The notes under the pieces were generated by a model that saw only the letters and a list, made by a program, of their open reading frames with translations, ran no database searches and was not told where the DNA came from. Below are positions 34,101 through 46,836 of a DNA stretch of 64,000 bases, piece by piece (the first letter of the stretch is position 1; each line of letters begins with the position of its first letter). Location: assembly GCA_946965045.2 (NCBI GenBank), contig OX337229.1, positions 5,828,001-5,892,000 on the forward strand, given 5' to 3'. Made by a program: the position numbers and the translations under genes. This stretch comes from Epithemia pelagica. Its lineage: Eukaryota > Protista > Bacillariophyta.

Positions 34101-36341
34101 GAGAAAGGGAATGGGAATCCACCCCAACAACAAGACATGACCGGAAAAGGAGGGGACCAATTGCCACGACGCCGTGGAGGAATGGGACGGCTCCTTCGGT
34201 TTCTGTTTCTTTTGGTTGTTGTTGTTGTTCGAGTCCTTGTGGTGCTTTGCTTTTTGGTTTTTGTAGGCATAGTAATTTGGATAATACCGCGGTGTGAATT
34301 CAATCTTGGCCAAATGAATTTGACAGACAGCTTCGACAAACCACAAGAGGCGTTCCAATACAGTCGAGATGGAAATGATAAAGTTCATGAGCATTCGTAC
34401 CAAGGAATACTTTTGCGCCCGCCATGTGAGCAATTGATCGGTGAAGAGAGAGGGGAAATGAATCAAGGTGGGTGCCACATTCAATAGTGGGAGGGGTGGA
34501 TCCACCACAATGGACAAGTGTTTGACCATGGGATTGGTCCGATCACTCGTGGGAATGCGAGAATCCAAATCAAAGGCATCAAACTGAACGACCGATGGCG
34601 ACGTCGTATCCTTGCCCAAATGAGAGGCTGCACTGGCCATGGGCGACGGGAAATTCATGGATGGACCGTGACTGCCAATGGCGGACGTTACGGTGATTTT
34701 GCATCCACCATGGGACGAGGAAGAATGATCATGATGATGATGGTGATGATGATGACTGTGATGATGATGACTCGAGGTGGTACTGTGCACATCCGAATGG
34801 TCCGTGGGAGAGGACGGTGACGACCCTCCCATGGTTGTGGTTTGTGCTTGTTGTGGAACTGCCATGGTAAACTGAGGTCGGGTGGGATCGGTACTATTGA
34901 GGGGTACTTCATGCCGTCCCGGTTTGAGTCGTGCCGTGACAATGCCTTGCCATCCATGCAAGAGATTGGGTGTGACATTGTGATGACGGCCCATTTGCAC
35001 ATGCGACGAGGACAAGAGGGGAGCAAAGGAATCGGGCAAATCACTGGTAAACGAAGGACGAAACGTTGTCGAGGATGACGACGAGGAGGCGGCATGATAA
35101 TACGACGAGGACGACGCAGGCGTATGAATGGTATCGACCGGAGGGGGAGGTTCCTCTTCGGCACCCGGTTCATCCTCGTCATCCTCTTCAGCTGGTTGGT
35201 GGTCATTGTCTCCTTCTTCGTCGTCATTCACGGGCAAATGGTCCTCCTCCTCCTCTTCCTCGTCGCTCCATGGCTCGCTCTCGTCCCGTAATGGACGGTG
35301 GTAGGGGGAATTTCTCGTGGAACGGGCTGCTGCCGCCTTGGACCTCGCAGTTCCCAGAGTCTTGGCGGTAGTGGTGGCATGGTCGGGAAACGAGTATTGT
35401 GGAGTTGTTGTTGTCAAGGTATTCTTGGTTTGATGAAATTCTTCGGGCAAAAAGTGAAGATTGACCATGGGACAGGGGGGTAAGGATTTGCGTGGCACAA
35501 CGGGACGTCGATGTCGGGTCAGTTGCTGCCACAATGCAAGAATCGGCCACGAAGACATGGAAGACGACGAGTCTACCGAAGAAGAAGAAGAAGAGGACGA
35601 TCGGCTCTCCATTCGTCGTCGTTTGGAATGAGTCCGTCGCCACAATATGACCCAAATGAGTGTCGACAAGAACAGGACCCAAGCCGTATTGCTGCTGCTC
35701 GTGCGTGTGACATGGTCCATCCAGGTTTCGGGTTTCTTGTTGTGGCGATGATTAGCAAAGGGCCACAACATGTGGTTATTGTGACTGCCTTTTTTGGGCT
35801 GGTGATTGGTGGGCAATTTTTCCAGTGTGCTTTGTACTTGATGTGCCACTTGTTGGACCAAGGCTCGTCCCTTGTCCAAGACTTGTTTCAATTCATCCTC
35901 TTCCTCATCATCCTCTTCAGCACTAACGTCCTGTTCCAAGTTGAGAGTGTTGGAACCAAACAAGAAGGAGGATTCGGACCACCAAGAGGAAACGGTCGAC
36001 GAAGCAGAAGCGCTGTACGAATACCACCACTCCACGAACATATTATTGTCGCCGTCGTCTTGTTGTTCTTGTTGGGTGGTACTTGTTCCCTCCTCTTCCT
36101 TGCTGCCGTCTCCTAGAGGGACGGCGTTGAAGTTCTTGTTGGTGGTGGTGTCATCATTCTTGGAGTTTGGTTCCGTCTCGGCATTCGAAATCCCTACTGG
36201 ATTCTTTCTTCGATTGTTTTGAAAAAAGTTTCGTTTCGGTCGATGGTTCTGTTGATGTTGTTGTCCATGGTTCTTGTGCTTCTCTTTGAGATCATCCTGG
36301 TCGGTTGTGGTGGTGTAATATTCGAGATAAGGATCCTCCAT
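28192..36341 (-). CDS. Very large (~2616 aa) five-exon protein with N-terminal TM/low-complexity region and C-terminal alpha/beta-hydrolase-like domain; complement(join(28192..30984,31047..31200,31276..31507,31577..32585,32679..36341))
   Basis: Four GT-AG introns join three long ORFs in frame (7851 nt, 2617 codons); TM WVLFLSTLIWVILW; GxSxG motif GLLGYSQGCPN, followed by candidate Asp (HDSQV) and His (THHWSP). Confidence 0.7.
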
Positions 36342-37178
36342 GATGGTTCAAATCAAAATCCAAACGAAATAGGGACACACCGCAAACCCAACAAAAAGAT
36401 TCGATCGTCTTTTTTGTCTTCTTCTTCTTCTTCTTGTGAAGAGAGACTCGTGTTCCCAGAATCAGAACCACAAAGCGACAACCAATCGAGCGCGCGCAAG
36501 TGGAAGGTCCTTGGTTGGATGTATCGCTTTCGTTCAGAGTGGTTCGACTGACTTTCTTTCCTCACACACTCTGCTTGGGTTCCGTCAACTTGCTTGTCTC
36601 TTTTGTTAACGTTATGGCTCGACGACAAGGTCAAGGAGGGTTCTTCGTCGTCTGAACTGTTGGGGATCTTTTGTTGCGGAGAGAGTTTGGAATTTGGAAT
36701 CATGTTGCTGTCGTCGTCGTCATCTCCTCCTTCTGTATCACCGCTCTTGGGTCGCTTTTAAAACGCGATCGCTTTCCTTTTGGTCCTGGTCCCGCTTGTC
36801 ACAGGCGAGGAAGAAACTGGGAGAGAGTCTCGACAATGACGACGAAAACGAGAGAGACCGGTTTACATCATGGTGCATTCGTTTCCCTTTGAATCGTACG
36901 CTTTTGGCACACGGACCTTCAATGACTCATTCCCAGCAATCGTCACGACGCATGGTGTCAAGAAGAATCGCAAGGAGATGAGTTTGGAGACCGGTTGTGA
37001 GAGAGATGGGTGTGGATTGTCCAATCGTCTCGATCCATCTCCCTGACTGAGATTGTCTCTCTCCTTGGTCTCATAAAAATCGCAAGAAGCATACAACATA
37101 GTTGACCACGAAACCACTCCACTCCACACCACACAAACAACAAGAGGATCTAGTCGTTGGTATCGAATCATCATCATC

Positions 37179-38573
37179 ATGTCTCTGTTCCTCCTTGCCA
37201 AGCTGATGCCTGGGAACCTTCGTCGTGGTACCAATCGTCGTGAGTTGTCGTCGGAAACTGGTTGTCCGGCAGGCTTGTATGCTCCGCACCAAGAATCCTC
37301 CATGACCAGCAGCAATGCCGTTTCCACCACAACCGCTTGTCAAGCCGTTGGCAGTGGCTATTATAGTCCAGCTCAAGACGTGGATCGATACCCCTGTCCG
37401 CAAGGAAGTGTTGCCTGGAACACGGATAGTGCCGCTTGTACGACGTGTCCGGCGGGAACCCATGCTCCCTTGGTGGCGTCGGCCGTGTGTACGCCCTGTC
37501 CGCGGGGCAGTTTTACGGCCGATACCGTCGTCAATGTCGGCGACGATCCCAATGCCTTGCGCATTCAATGCACGGTATGCAATCCCTTGTTTTACAATGG
37601 AACCGGCTCGGATCATGCCCTGTGGTTGACACCGGAGGATAGTACCACCTTGGCCGTTGTCATTCCCCATGCCGGCTATTATTGTTTGGAACCCATTGCG
37701 ACGACAGAGGAAACGCCCGACGACGACAACAACAACAACAACAACGAGTTTGGGGACAGCAGCAGCACCACGAATCCTCCTCCGACCATGGTACCACTCT
37801 TGGATTCGTCCACGGTCCCCAGTGCCAGTCCTACCCTGGCTTTCACGACAACCGCCACAACGACTCCTCCTCCGACTACGACTGGTAGTATCGAGAGCAA
37901 GAGCAAGAACCACCCGGCCGTCAAGGAGGCCTTGGTGGGAAACGACAAGATGGGATGGCTCGCAGTGGTGATTCTGATTGTCGGAAGTGTCGCCTTGATC
38001 CTGATTGTGGCCCTGGTGGCATGGCGTGGGGGTTGGTGTGGTGCAACCAAAGCAGGGATGGACGATACAAAACCCAAGGGCTTGTCGTCGTCGTCGGACA
38101 AGAATGACCCAGCCCAAGAGGAGGATGAAGAGGATTCTCTGGAACCGGGCAAGGAAGAGGCCACGACGACCAGTACAACCATGGACTCGACGGCTTCCGC
38201 GTCGTCTGCTTCGGCCCGCACATCTCACAAGTGGTGGTCCCACAAGGGTGGGTCGTCGAGTCAGAGTGCTACCAAGAGCCATGTAAAGGCGACGACAGCA
38301 ACAACATCAACCAAAAGTCTCCCCACCAAGAAGGATGGTCCTCCTCACAATGCCTTTGGAACGCAAGAAGAATTTCCCGAACCCCAATGGCCGACGCCCG
38401 AAGATTTGTTTGGTGTCACCACCAATACGCCCCCGACCAACAACAACACGAACACTGGAACAGCGGATGCCTCTAGTACTGCTCCTCCTCCTCCCATTGC
38501 GACCATTGCCGTGGTCCACCACCACAAGGACGAGTCTCGCTCTAAGTCCTATGACTATTCCAACATTCTATAA
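37179..38573 (+). CDS. Cys-rich GCC2/GCC3-like single-pass membrane protein, paralog of 20369..22699
   Basis: CPAGLY, GSGYYSPAQDVDRYPCPQGS, CTTCPAGT, CTPCPRGSF, CNPLFYNGTGSDHALWLTP, TM WLAVVILIVGSVALILIVALVAW. Confidence 0.75.
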   Translation: MSLFLLAKLMPGNLRRGTNRRELSSETGCPAGLYAPHQESSMTSSNAVSTTTACQAVGSGYYSPAQDVDRYPCPQGSVAWNTDSAACTTCPAGTHAPLVASAVCTPCPRGSFTADTVVNVGDDPNALRIQCTVCNPLFYNGTGSDHALWLTPEDSTTLAVVIPHAGYYCLEPIATTEETPDDDNNNNNNEFGDSSSTTNPPPTMVPLLDSSTVPSASPTLAFTTTATTTPPPTTTGSIESKSKNHPAVKEALVGNDKMGWLAVVILIVGSVALILIVALVAWRGGWCGATKAGMDDTKPKGLSSSSDKNDPAQEEDEEDSLEPGKEEATTTSTTMDSTASASSASARTSHKWWSHKGGSSSQSATKSHVKATTATTSTKSLPTKKDGPPHNAFGTQEEFPEPQWPTPEDLFGVTTNTPPTNNNTNTGTADASSTAPPPPIATIAVVHHHKDESRSKSYDYSNIL

Positions 38574-39700
38574 TAACTCGCGACCCAACACGAGACGGAG
38601 AGGAAGCAAATGCCAAGAGAGAAATAACAGTAGAGAGAGAATCGAGCGTGTGTGTTTGTCCGGAATGGTGTGGTTCCAAACCCATTCCAACGATACGCTT
38701 GAATGCTAAACTTTTAGGAGTAAAATTTACATTTACATAAGAATATTTTGTTTGCATAAATCGATCTTTTGTTCTGCTTGTATGTTACGTATCGTTGAGC
38801 CTTGTGTAGCTCCTTTCTTCCGGAAATACTATGGTAGTGGAGGATCAAAGATGCACATTCGTAAACAATGATCTGGATGACCCCCGTATCGTTGTGGGAG
38901 ACCATGATCCTTTTGGAATAGTTCTTTTTTCAAACTAGGGATCCATGAAATGCTTTAGTCTAGAAACCAAAGAACATGGTTACTTCAAATAATATAGTAA
39001 CCAAAGCATAGCAATAGCTATGTGATAGCTATGTGAGCTATGATCTATTGTATGATCCAGATAGAGCCATGACTTGCTCGTTTCCGAGTGCGGAGCTCGC
39101 GATGGCATGGTTCGCGCCACAATGCGAGCATTCCGACTCCATTATTATCATCAATGCGGGGCCGGCGACCGCAGGACGCGGGAGCCCATACGTAGAGAAT
39201 GACATCCCGAGGCAGGTCACATAGACGGCGCGCAAACACGACTCACTCTTGGACTTAGGGCTTGGCGCGTGGAGCGCATGTCGTGTGCGTGCATTTTCCC
39301 TTGCGACTGCTTTCAGTGTACCGAGTCCAATTCCAGTGTGCGTCTGAACACGAATGAGCGACAAGTCATGCCGATGACAACAGCTCGTACCTCCAACCCA
39401 GGCATCGGACCATGGGCCATCTCGGTTACGGCGCCCTGAACGATTCCCACCGGCACACTCGACAAGAATGACACTATCCAACTTTCTTGCACTATTTACC
39501 AAACTGTGTCGTGTGAAGTAGAACTTGAGCGGGAAACGGAAAGGGAGATGGATCTCAAGCTACTCGCAAGACACAACGTATAAATGACATGCCAGATGGA
39601 GCCACATTGGCTTGGATATCTGAGTACGCACAAACGAATGAACTGTACCTTCTCGTATCTTCTAGCTTCACTGAATTTTTCTATCTCGTCCACTCCATCG

Positions 39701-39735
39701 TCTCACAATTCCGGAGACAAGCCAAGCTGAATCCC
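39701..39735 (+). promoter_or_regulatory. Conserved 35-bp upstream element (copy 2)
   Basis: TCTCACAATTCCGGAGACAAGCCAAGCTGAATCCC, ending 38 nt before ATG 39774. Confidence 0.5.
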
Positions 39736-39773
39736 AATCTTCACAACCACTTTCTATCCAGTACCCAAACAAG

Positions 39774-41218
39774 ATGAAGATCTCTCAAGTTACTGTTGCG
39801 CTTGCACTCCTCCAAACAATGGCTGCAGTTGATGCTCGCCGCATGAGGTCCAAACCCCTCCGTAACTTGGCAGTAAGTCTATTGCTCCAACTTTCAAATA
39901 TTGCAATGGATAATTTTTCTCTGACCATGTCTCGTTCCTTTGTTTTCCCTCTCAGTACAAGGGCGGAACTTCACCCACAAAGCCAACTCCCACGGCTTCT
40001 CCGACTGGCAAACCCACTCCCAAGCCCACGCCGCATCCCACTGCTTCTCCGACTGGAAAGCCCACAACACCGGCCCCTACAACCAAGCCAACAACCCCGG
40101 CTCCTACTACCAAACCAACACCTCATCCCACTGCTTCTCCTACTGGCAAACCTACACCCAAACCAACGCCTCATCCCACGGCTTCTCCGACTGGCAAACC
40201 TACACCCAAACCATCGCCCCATCCCACTGCTTCTCCGACTGGCAAGCCCACTCCCAAGCCCACGCCTCATCCCACTGCTTCTCCGACTGGCAAGCCCACT
40301 CCCAAGCCCACGCCTCATCCCACTGCTTCTCCGACTGGCAAGCCCACTCCCAAACCAACACCTCATCCCACTGCTTCTCCGACTGGCAAGCCCACAACAC
40401 CGGCCCCTACAACCAAGCCAACAACTCCGGCCCCTACAACCAAGCCAACACCGGCCCCGACAACCAAACCAACAACCCCGGCTCCTACAACCAAGCCAAC
40501 AACACCGGCCCCTACACCCAAACCAACACCGGCCCCTACAACCAAGCCAACAACTCCGGCTCCTACAACCAAGCCAACAACCCCGGCTCCTACCACCAAG
40601 CCAACAACCCCGGCCCCTACCACCAAGCCAACAACTCCGGCTCCTACAACCAAGCCAACAACCGCGGCCCCTACACCCAAACCAACACCGGCACCTACGA
40701 AACCTACAACCCCGGCTCCCACTACGAAACCTACCACTGCAGCCCCCACTCCAAAACCTACTCCTTCACCCACGGACAAACCAACGTACAAGCCCGTTGC
40801 TGCTCCTAAGACGTGCGATGGTCTATTCAAGATTGTGCAATCGTGGGATGGACCAGGCTTGGAAGCCAACGGAACCAAGGTGGAATACGCATCTGCTTTG
40901 AGCGAAAGTCTTGGTGTGCGATTGCCCTATGTGGGAGCTGTCTTTTCGGAAGACCACCCCGAACGAGAAGTGAGTTTCTCTGTGGAGCTTTGTGAACGTG
41001 TGGACCATGCCATGCATTGGCATTGCGAAGGTACCTACATCAACTTGTATGGCTGCCATGGCAAATTGAGCTTTTCGGGTTTCCATCAGGACAGTGATAA
41101 CTCTGGCCACTATGCGATTACTGGAGGCACTGAAGACTTTTTGGGTGCCAAGGGTTACATTGTGGAATCACCCGGCAAGGACGGTAACTACGTCCGACAC
41201 ATTACCATTTCCTTCTAA
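39774..41218 (+). CDS. Secreted Pro/Thr/Lys-repeat protein with dirigent/AOC-like C-terminal domain, paralog of 17883..19226; join(39774..39872,39956..41218)
   Basis: Signal peptide [24 protein letters not shown] motif, intron GTAAGT(39873)..CAG(39955) in phase 0, [16 protein letters not shown] and PTTPAPTTK repeats, [17 protein letters not shown]. Confidence 0.82.
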
Positions 41219-42095
41219 ACCATCGGACTACGTCTCTTGGAAATTGAAGAATGGATCCATTGGTAAAAGGCAGAGCAACGATTCCTTGTGTTTTGGAATT
41301 GTTTTGTGGCTTGTGTTCTTTCCCTTTCGATATCCAGATTTTGTCGTCCAGTTTGTTTTCTTCATAACACACGCATCTGGTTTGTTGTACTCCAATTTAT
41401 GACACGGGTTAAACCACCAACTAAAGAGTTGGCTGTTTCTCGGAGTTGTCTCACATAAAATAATACGAAATCAAATGACTTTCTTCGCTTCACTTTTAGA
41501 CCTTAGTTGAAATAGTATTTGAGTTTTTGATAGAGGTCAAACGAACAGGGACCTTCCACGAAGACGACCTACCTATTGAGCTGTTCAACCTAGCAAAGAC
41601 GAGAATGCATAGGTCTGTTTTCATGAGGTCTCTAGAGTCTGGACAATATTTATCCTCATACCAATAGAACTACGGTAGGACACTATCCTCAGCTTCTTTT
41701 CTTTTCTTCCATGCAGCGAATGTCCTCCACAGCACTCTTGAATATACAATGCATTTCCGGTTGACACCATTACTCACATTGTTATGCATCTCTACGCTTT
41801 CGTTGAAATGTGTACCATGGTTGAACTTAATATCCCGATATAGGTCAAACGAACCACAGGGAGCTGTTGGGAGGACGACTTGAGATTTCTATCAAGTCCT
41901 CTCCAGCTGTGCCTACCTAGGTAAATATGGTTCTTTTTACTGTTTTGTTTCTGTCCGCCGATGTGAACACACAACACCACACCTCTTGTTATCATGTCAA
42001 TCTATCTTAGCTATAGCTACCTAGGCGCCGAGAAGCAAGGCAACCATTCTGGAGAAATGCAATGCTACTAAGATGATTATTCTCTTTCAATGTTT

Positions 42096-45000
42096 TTAAA
42101 GCTTGTCCAAATACTTGTTGACTTCAGGAACGCCATCGGCCAATCCCTTGCGCTTACGCACGGCTTCGACCGTGGATTTGGTCTTGGAGCCCTCGTCGTA
42201 GGGCGACCCCGTCATGGGTTCCCAATGATCAAAGGAACACTGTGGGAAGGCCTTTCCTCCCGTGTTGGATCGCAAATCGGCCGTGAAACCAAAGGACTCC
42301 ATGACGGGCAAGTAAGCCAACAAGGTCATCATGGGTGTTCCGGGTCGTTGTTCTTCCGTAAACACGTGACCACGACGCTGCGTCAAGACACCGTAGACAT
42401 TACCCATGGCTTCTTGAGGGACGGAGATATTACACAAGTACACGGGTTCCAAGAGTCCTGGGCCTCCGGCCATCATGGACGAAAAGCACACACGACGGGC
42501 GGTAGGCATGATCTGACCCATACCACGGTGAATCGCATCTGCATGCAAGACCACATCCATAAGGTTGTAACGGGTACCACGCATCTGTTCGTCACACAAG
42601 GGACCACTTTGAGTAGCCCAAGCAAAGCCACCCACCACGGATTCCTTGATTTCCAACAAGTAGTTCACTCCCTTGGTCGTATCGACAAACAAGTTGGGAC
42701 CGGTTCCCTCCGGACCAAAGGCCCAGATCTTACGGGCTTCACCGACGTCCCAGCCAAAGTCATCCGCAAGTTGACGACCAAGAAGCTTGGCTTCGGTTCC
42801 GGCCTTGACATCACCATCGTCAATCGCCTTACAGAGCTCGGCCGACAGAGGTTCGGCTTCAACAAAGAGACGATTGTGCTTGTTGGCAGACTTGGCCAAA
42901 CATGTCTGGTTGGACTTTTCGGTACAGGTTTCACGGAAGGACACCACAGGGTCGGACACCTTGACTTCGGTTCCCATGAAATCATTCTGGAGATCCTGCA
43001 AACAAATCTCGAGATGGAGTTCTCCGGAAGCGGCGATAATGTGTTCACCAGACTCTTCCGTGTAACACAAAACCATGGGATCCGACTTGGAAAGACGCTT
43101 CATACCTTCGACAAGCTTGGGCAAATCGGCCGAGTTCTTGGGTTCCACAGCACAACGCACGACAGGCGAGACGGAAAACTTCATCGAGACAATGGGGCAG
43201 GCATCTTCTTCGGTAGCAATGGTTCCAGACTTGAGCAAATACTGGTCGACACCGACCAAGGCACACGTGTTACCGGCCGGCACATCCGCCACCTGTTCCG
43301 TGTAACGACCCATCATAATGACCGTACGCTGAATGTTCTTGATCCAGAGTTCCGTCTTCTTTCCGGGCACAAAGTTGGCACCCATGATGCGCACCTTCTG
43401 ACCCGTAGCAATCTTTCCGGCAAAGACACGTCCAAAGGCATAGAATCGTCCCTTATCGGAGGTCGGCACCATTTTGGAAATGTACATACAAAGAGGAGCA
43501 CCATCGGAAGTGTCGCACGTACGAATGGCCGTGGCAGTCTTGTCATCAAGCGGACCATCGTAAAGGGTATCGACACGGTACTTTTGGGCCTTCACGGGAG
43601 AAGGCAAGTGCAAGACAATCATCTCCAAGACGGTATCGCCGGCCGGAAGCCACTTTTGCATGACACGCTTCAAGAGTTGTTTTCCAATGAGTTCCTTTTC
43701 GTCTCCCTTGAGTTCGACACCAATGGCCTTGAGCATCTTCTTGACCTTTCCGTGTTTTTCGGCCATAATGGCTTCAAAGAGGGATGTGACGGGGGTCATG
43801 ATGAACTGACAAAAGGCACGTTCCAAGTTACCATCCTTGTTGCCGGAGGTCCAGACCTTGCGGGGGGCATCGAAATACCAATCCCCCCAAAGCTTGTCCA
43901 TCATCTTCTCTTCCGGCACACCAAACTTGGCTCCGTAATCCCGAGCAAAGCGCTTGAGCGTAAAGGCCCATTGATGCAAACCGGATCCAAAGGCGACCGT
44001 TCCTTTCGTGGGATGAACCTGGACATCACCGAGGGTTTCATCGTTGTAGGTGGCGACAATCACATTGACGGATTCAATGGCACGGCAAAAGGCTTGGTAG
44101 AGTTCTTCGGCGGGGAGTTGCAATTCTAAGAGGGCGCGATCGACCTTGTTGACCATGAGCACGGGCTTGACACGTTCGGAAATGGCCTGACGCAAGACCG
44201 TCTCGGTTTGCACACAGACTCCATCAATGGTGTCCACCACCACCAAGGCACCGTCCGTGACACGAAGAGCGGCGGTAACTTCAGAAGAGAAATCAACGTG
44301 ACCAGGACTGTCAATCAAGTTGATCAAGTAGGAGTTTTCTGTGATTTGCACATTGGCTTCCGACTCCTTCTTTTCTTGAATTTCGGCTTCGAGCGCCTTT
44401 TCTTCTTCCTCGGAAAGTTCAGCAACGGATCCAGCCTTGATATCGTACTCAAAAAACATGGAGATTCCGGTGGATTTGATGGTAATACCACGTTCGGCTT
44501 CATCGGCGCGAGTGTCCGTGTAACGAGCTCCACCGGCCGCCTTGGCCGAGATAATACCCGCCTTTTGCACCAAGGAATCCGTCAAGGTGGTCTTTCCGTG
44601 ATCGACGTGGGCAATCACAGACATGGAACGGATATTGTGCTTCAGATCCATAATGGATCGCATTTGCTCGACTGTAAAGTTCACCTAGTAAACGAAAGAG
44701 GAAATGCCATGGTGAGAGGAGGTATTCCATTGTGACATAGACCGCAACGGCACGTTCGAGTGGAGTGATGCGTAGGTTTCCTTGAACCAAACCCTTCCAA
44801 GATCCACCGCTGGAATAACCAAATCAACGTATGGAAAGATGCACTTGTTCCCGAATCACAGGATATACCACACAAGCGAGATATTCCAGAGATGGAAGCC
44901 AGCAATGACACGGCACATCGACAGTCGACACCGCGAAACCCAAAGATTCGATGAATTCCCACGTGTGTGTCGTATGTAGCAGCAGTACCAGACAGACCGC

Positions 45001-45116
45001 GCATCAAACGACGAACGTGTGGTGGTGGAAGCAAACGCCGCCATACAGTGTCATGGCGCCATGGCCTTTCCTCTCTGGATTCTCTATTTGCATTCACGAG
45101 GATTGGAACGTACCAT
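42096..45116 (-). CDS. EEF2: Eukaryotic translation elongation factor 2; complement(join(42096..44684,45114..45116))
   Basis: [31 protein letters not shown], diphthamide loop HADAIHRG; ATG-only first exon (aagATG|gtacgt) with acceptor tactag|GTGAAC. Confidence 0.97.
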
Positions 45117-45472
45117 CTTGTCGTCTTGTCGTTTTGGTTCCACGAAACAACGTTCTGACAACCACAACACCGCACGATCACGATAGTGTGTTGGTGTTGT
45201 GTACAGTCTACGGATATATCGCCGCGAGGAAATCCAGTAACCGGAAAACAGGAACGGAAGATCGACGATCTGCAGGGAGCTCATAACCCATTGAGAAAGG
45301 GGCACGCGCACACGATCGTTGTGCGACTGGAATTCGACGAAAGAAGACACGCCGAAAGCGTACGTCAGTTCGTCCGGACTCCGGACATCACAAGATTCTC
45401 TCCCGTTCCGCAAGATCCACCCATAAGTCACAACATCATCTATATCTACCGTATCATCTCTATTGTCTCGGC

Positions 45473-46836
45473 ATGGGAACCATGAACCATCCAAGAAGAA
45501 GAATTCACAACAGGCGCACGACACTACTGGTAGGGCTCCTCTTGTTGACCCTTGTCGTTGTCAGTGAGGCCGTACAAAGACCATTGTCCGAGATTGCTCC
45601 AGCTGTCGTTCGATCCTACTACCCGTGTGGTACGTCTCCTGGCAGCATCCATCGACAAACAACACATTCGGATACGCATCCTGCCCTAGCAACATCCTCC
45701 TCCTTCCGAAATGCCCATTATGAACCCATTTCAATCACCCAAACACAACCAAAAAGAAGAAGACGTTTGACAACCACAGTAACAACAACAACAACTCCTT
45801 CCAGTTCTTCTTCTTCTTCTTCTTGGTTTCCACCAGATGCTTCCACGGTGCAATTGTGTTCGGCAGCAGTCTCGAGATCCATTCCGGCCACATTGCTGCG
45901 GGGTGCCTGTTTGCGGATTGCATCCGATTTGTCGGGAGGAACAGCCTTTGAATCGGTCAAGTGTCGGGTGGCGGCCACCACCGAAACGGCGGGACAAGCC
46001 TTGCGCGGCATTGTCCAACGAGGTGGCATTGGGGCACTGTGGACCGGCACGCCCAGTCGAACGGTAGAAGGTACGCAAAGAAAACAAGAAAGGGTGTTGT
46101 GATTGTTGTTGTTCTTGTTTTCTTTATCGGGTACGAGTGGTGAAATCAAGGTCACAATGGGCTCAATCTCGATTTGACATTCTGGATCTCCCTTTTCTTT
46201 CTACTAGGAGCACTCGTTGGATCCTTATTCATGCTCTCGTCTCGCGTCACGAAAGCACAACTCCAAGCCTTGGGCGCTGGATCGACCGTGGCTGCCTTGG
46301 GTGGTGGATTGGTGGGTGGCATGGCGCAGGCACTCATCATGACACCCTGTGGCATGGTCTTTACCAGTCTCAATGTGCAGCAACAAACCACCAAACCATC
46401 CGACACGACGACCACGACCACGGCCTGGAGTGTCACACGACGCTTGGTGGAGGACCGTGGCGTGGCTGGATTGTATACAGGATTCCGTCCCATGGCCTTG
46501 CGCCAAGCCTCCAATTGGGCCAGTCGAGCCGGCTTGACCGAAGTGGCCCGATCCGTCTGGGGCTTGCAACAGTACGGTTTGGTGGGGGAAATTGGATCGG
46601 GCATTTTGGGCGGCTTGGGTTCGTGTTGGAATACCCCGATTGAAACGATTCGCGTCTTGGTGCAACGCGATGTCAGTCAAGGCGTCCATCCCATTCCCAC
46701 CATGGCGGAATATTGGACCGATATTTGTCACCACCATGGCATTCCTGGATTGTTTCGAGGCATTACACCCCGCGCCTGTCAAGCCATTTGGCAAACCTGT
46801 TTCATGGTGGTCGTTCCCAATGTCATGGGTATTTAA
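45473..46836 (+). CDS. Mitochondrial carrier family (SLC25-like) protein with N-terminal signal-like extension; join(45473..46070,46208..46836)
   Basis: Carrier motifs AFESVKCR and TPIETIRVLVQ; GIGALWTGTPSR, GVAGLYTGF and GIPGLFRGITPR helices; intron gtacgc..ctag. Confidence 0.8.

Noticed and set aside
36353-36703. 116-aa ORF just upstream of the giant gene
   Set aside because: Could be an extra 5' exon, but no convincing splice pair was identified
42090-44129. 679-aa + strand ORF
   Set aside because: Antisense shadow of the codon-biased eEF2 gene
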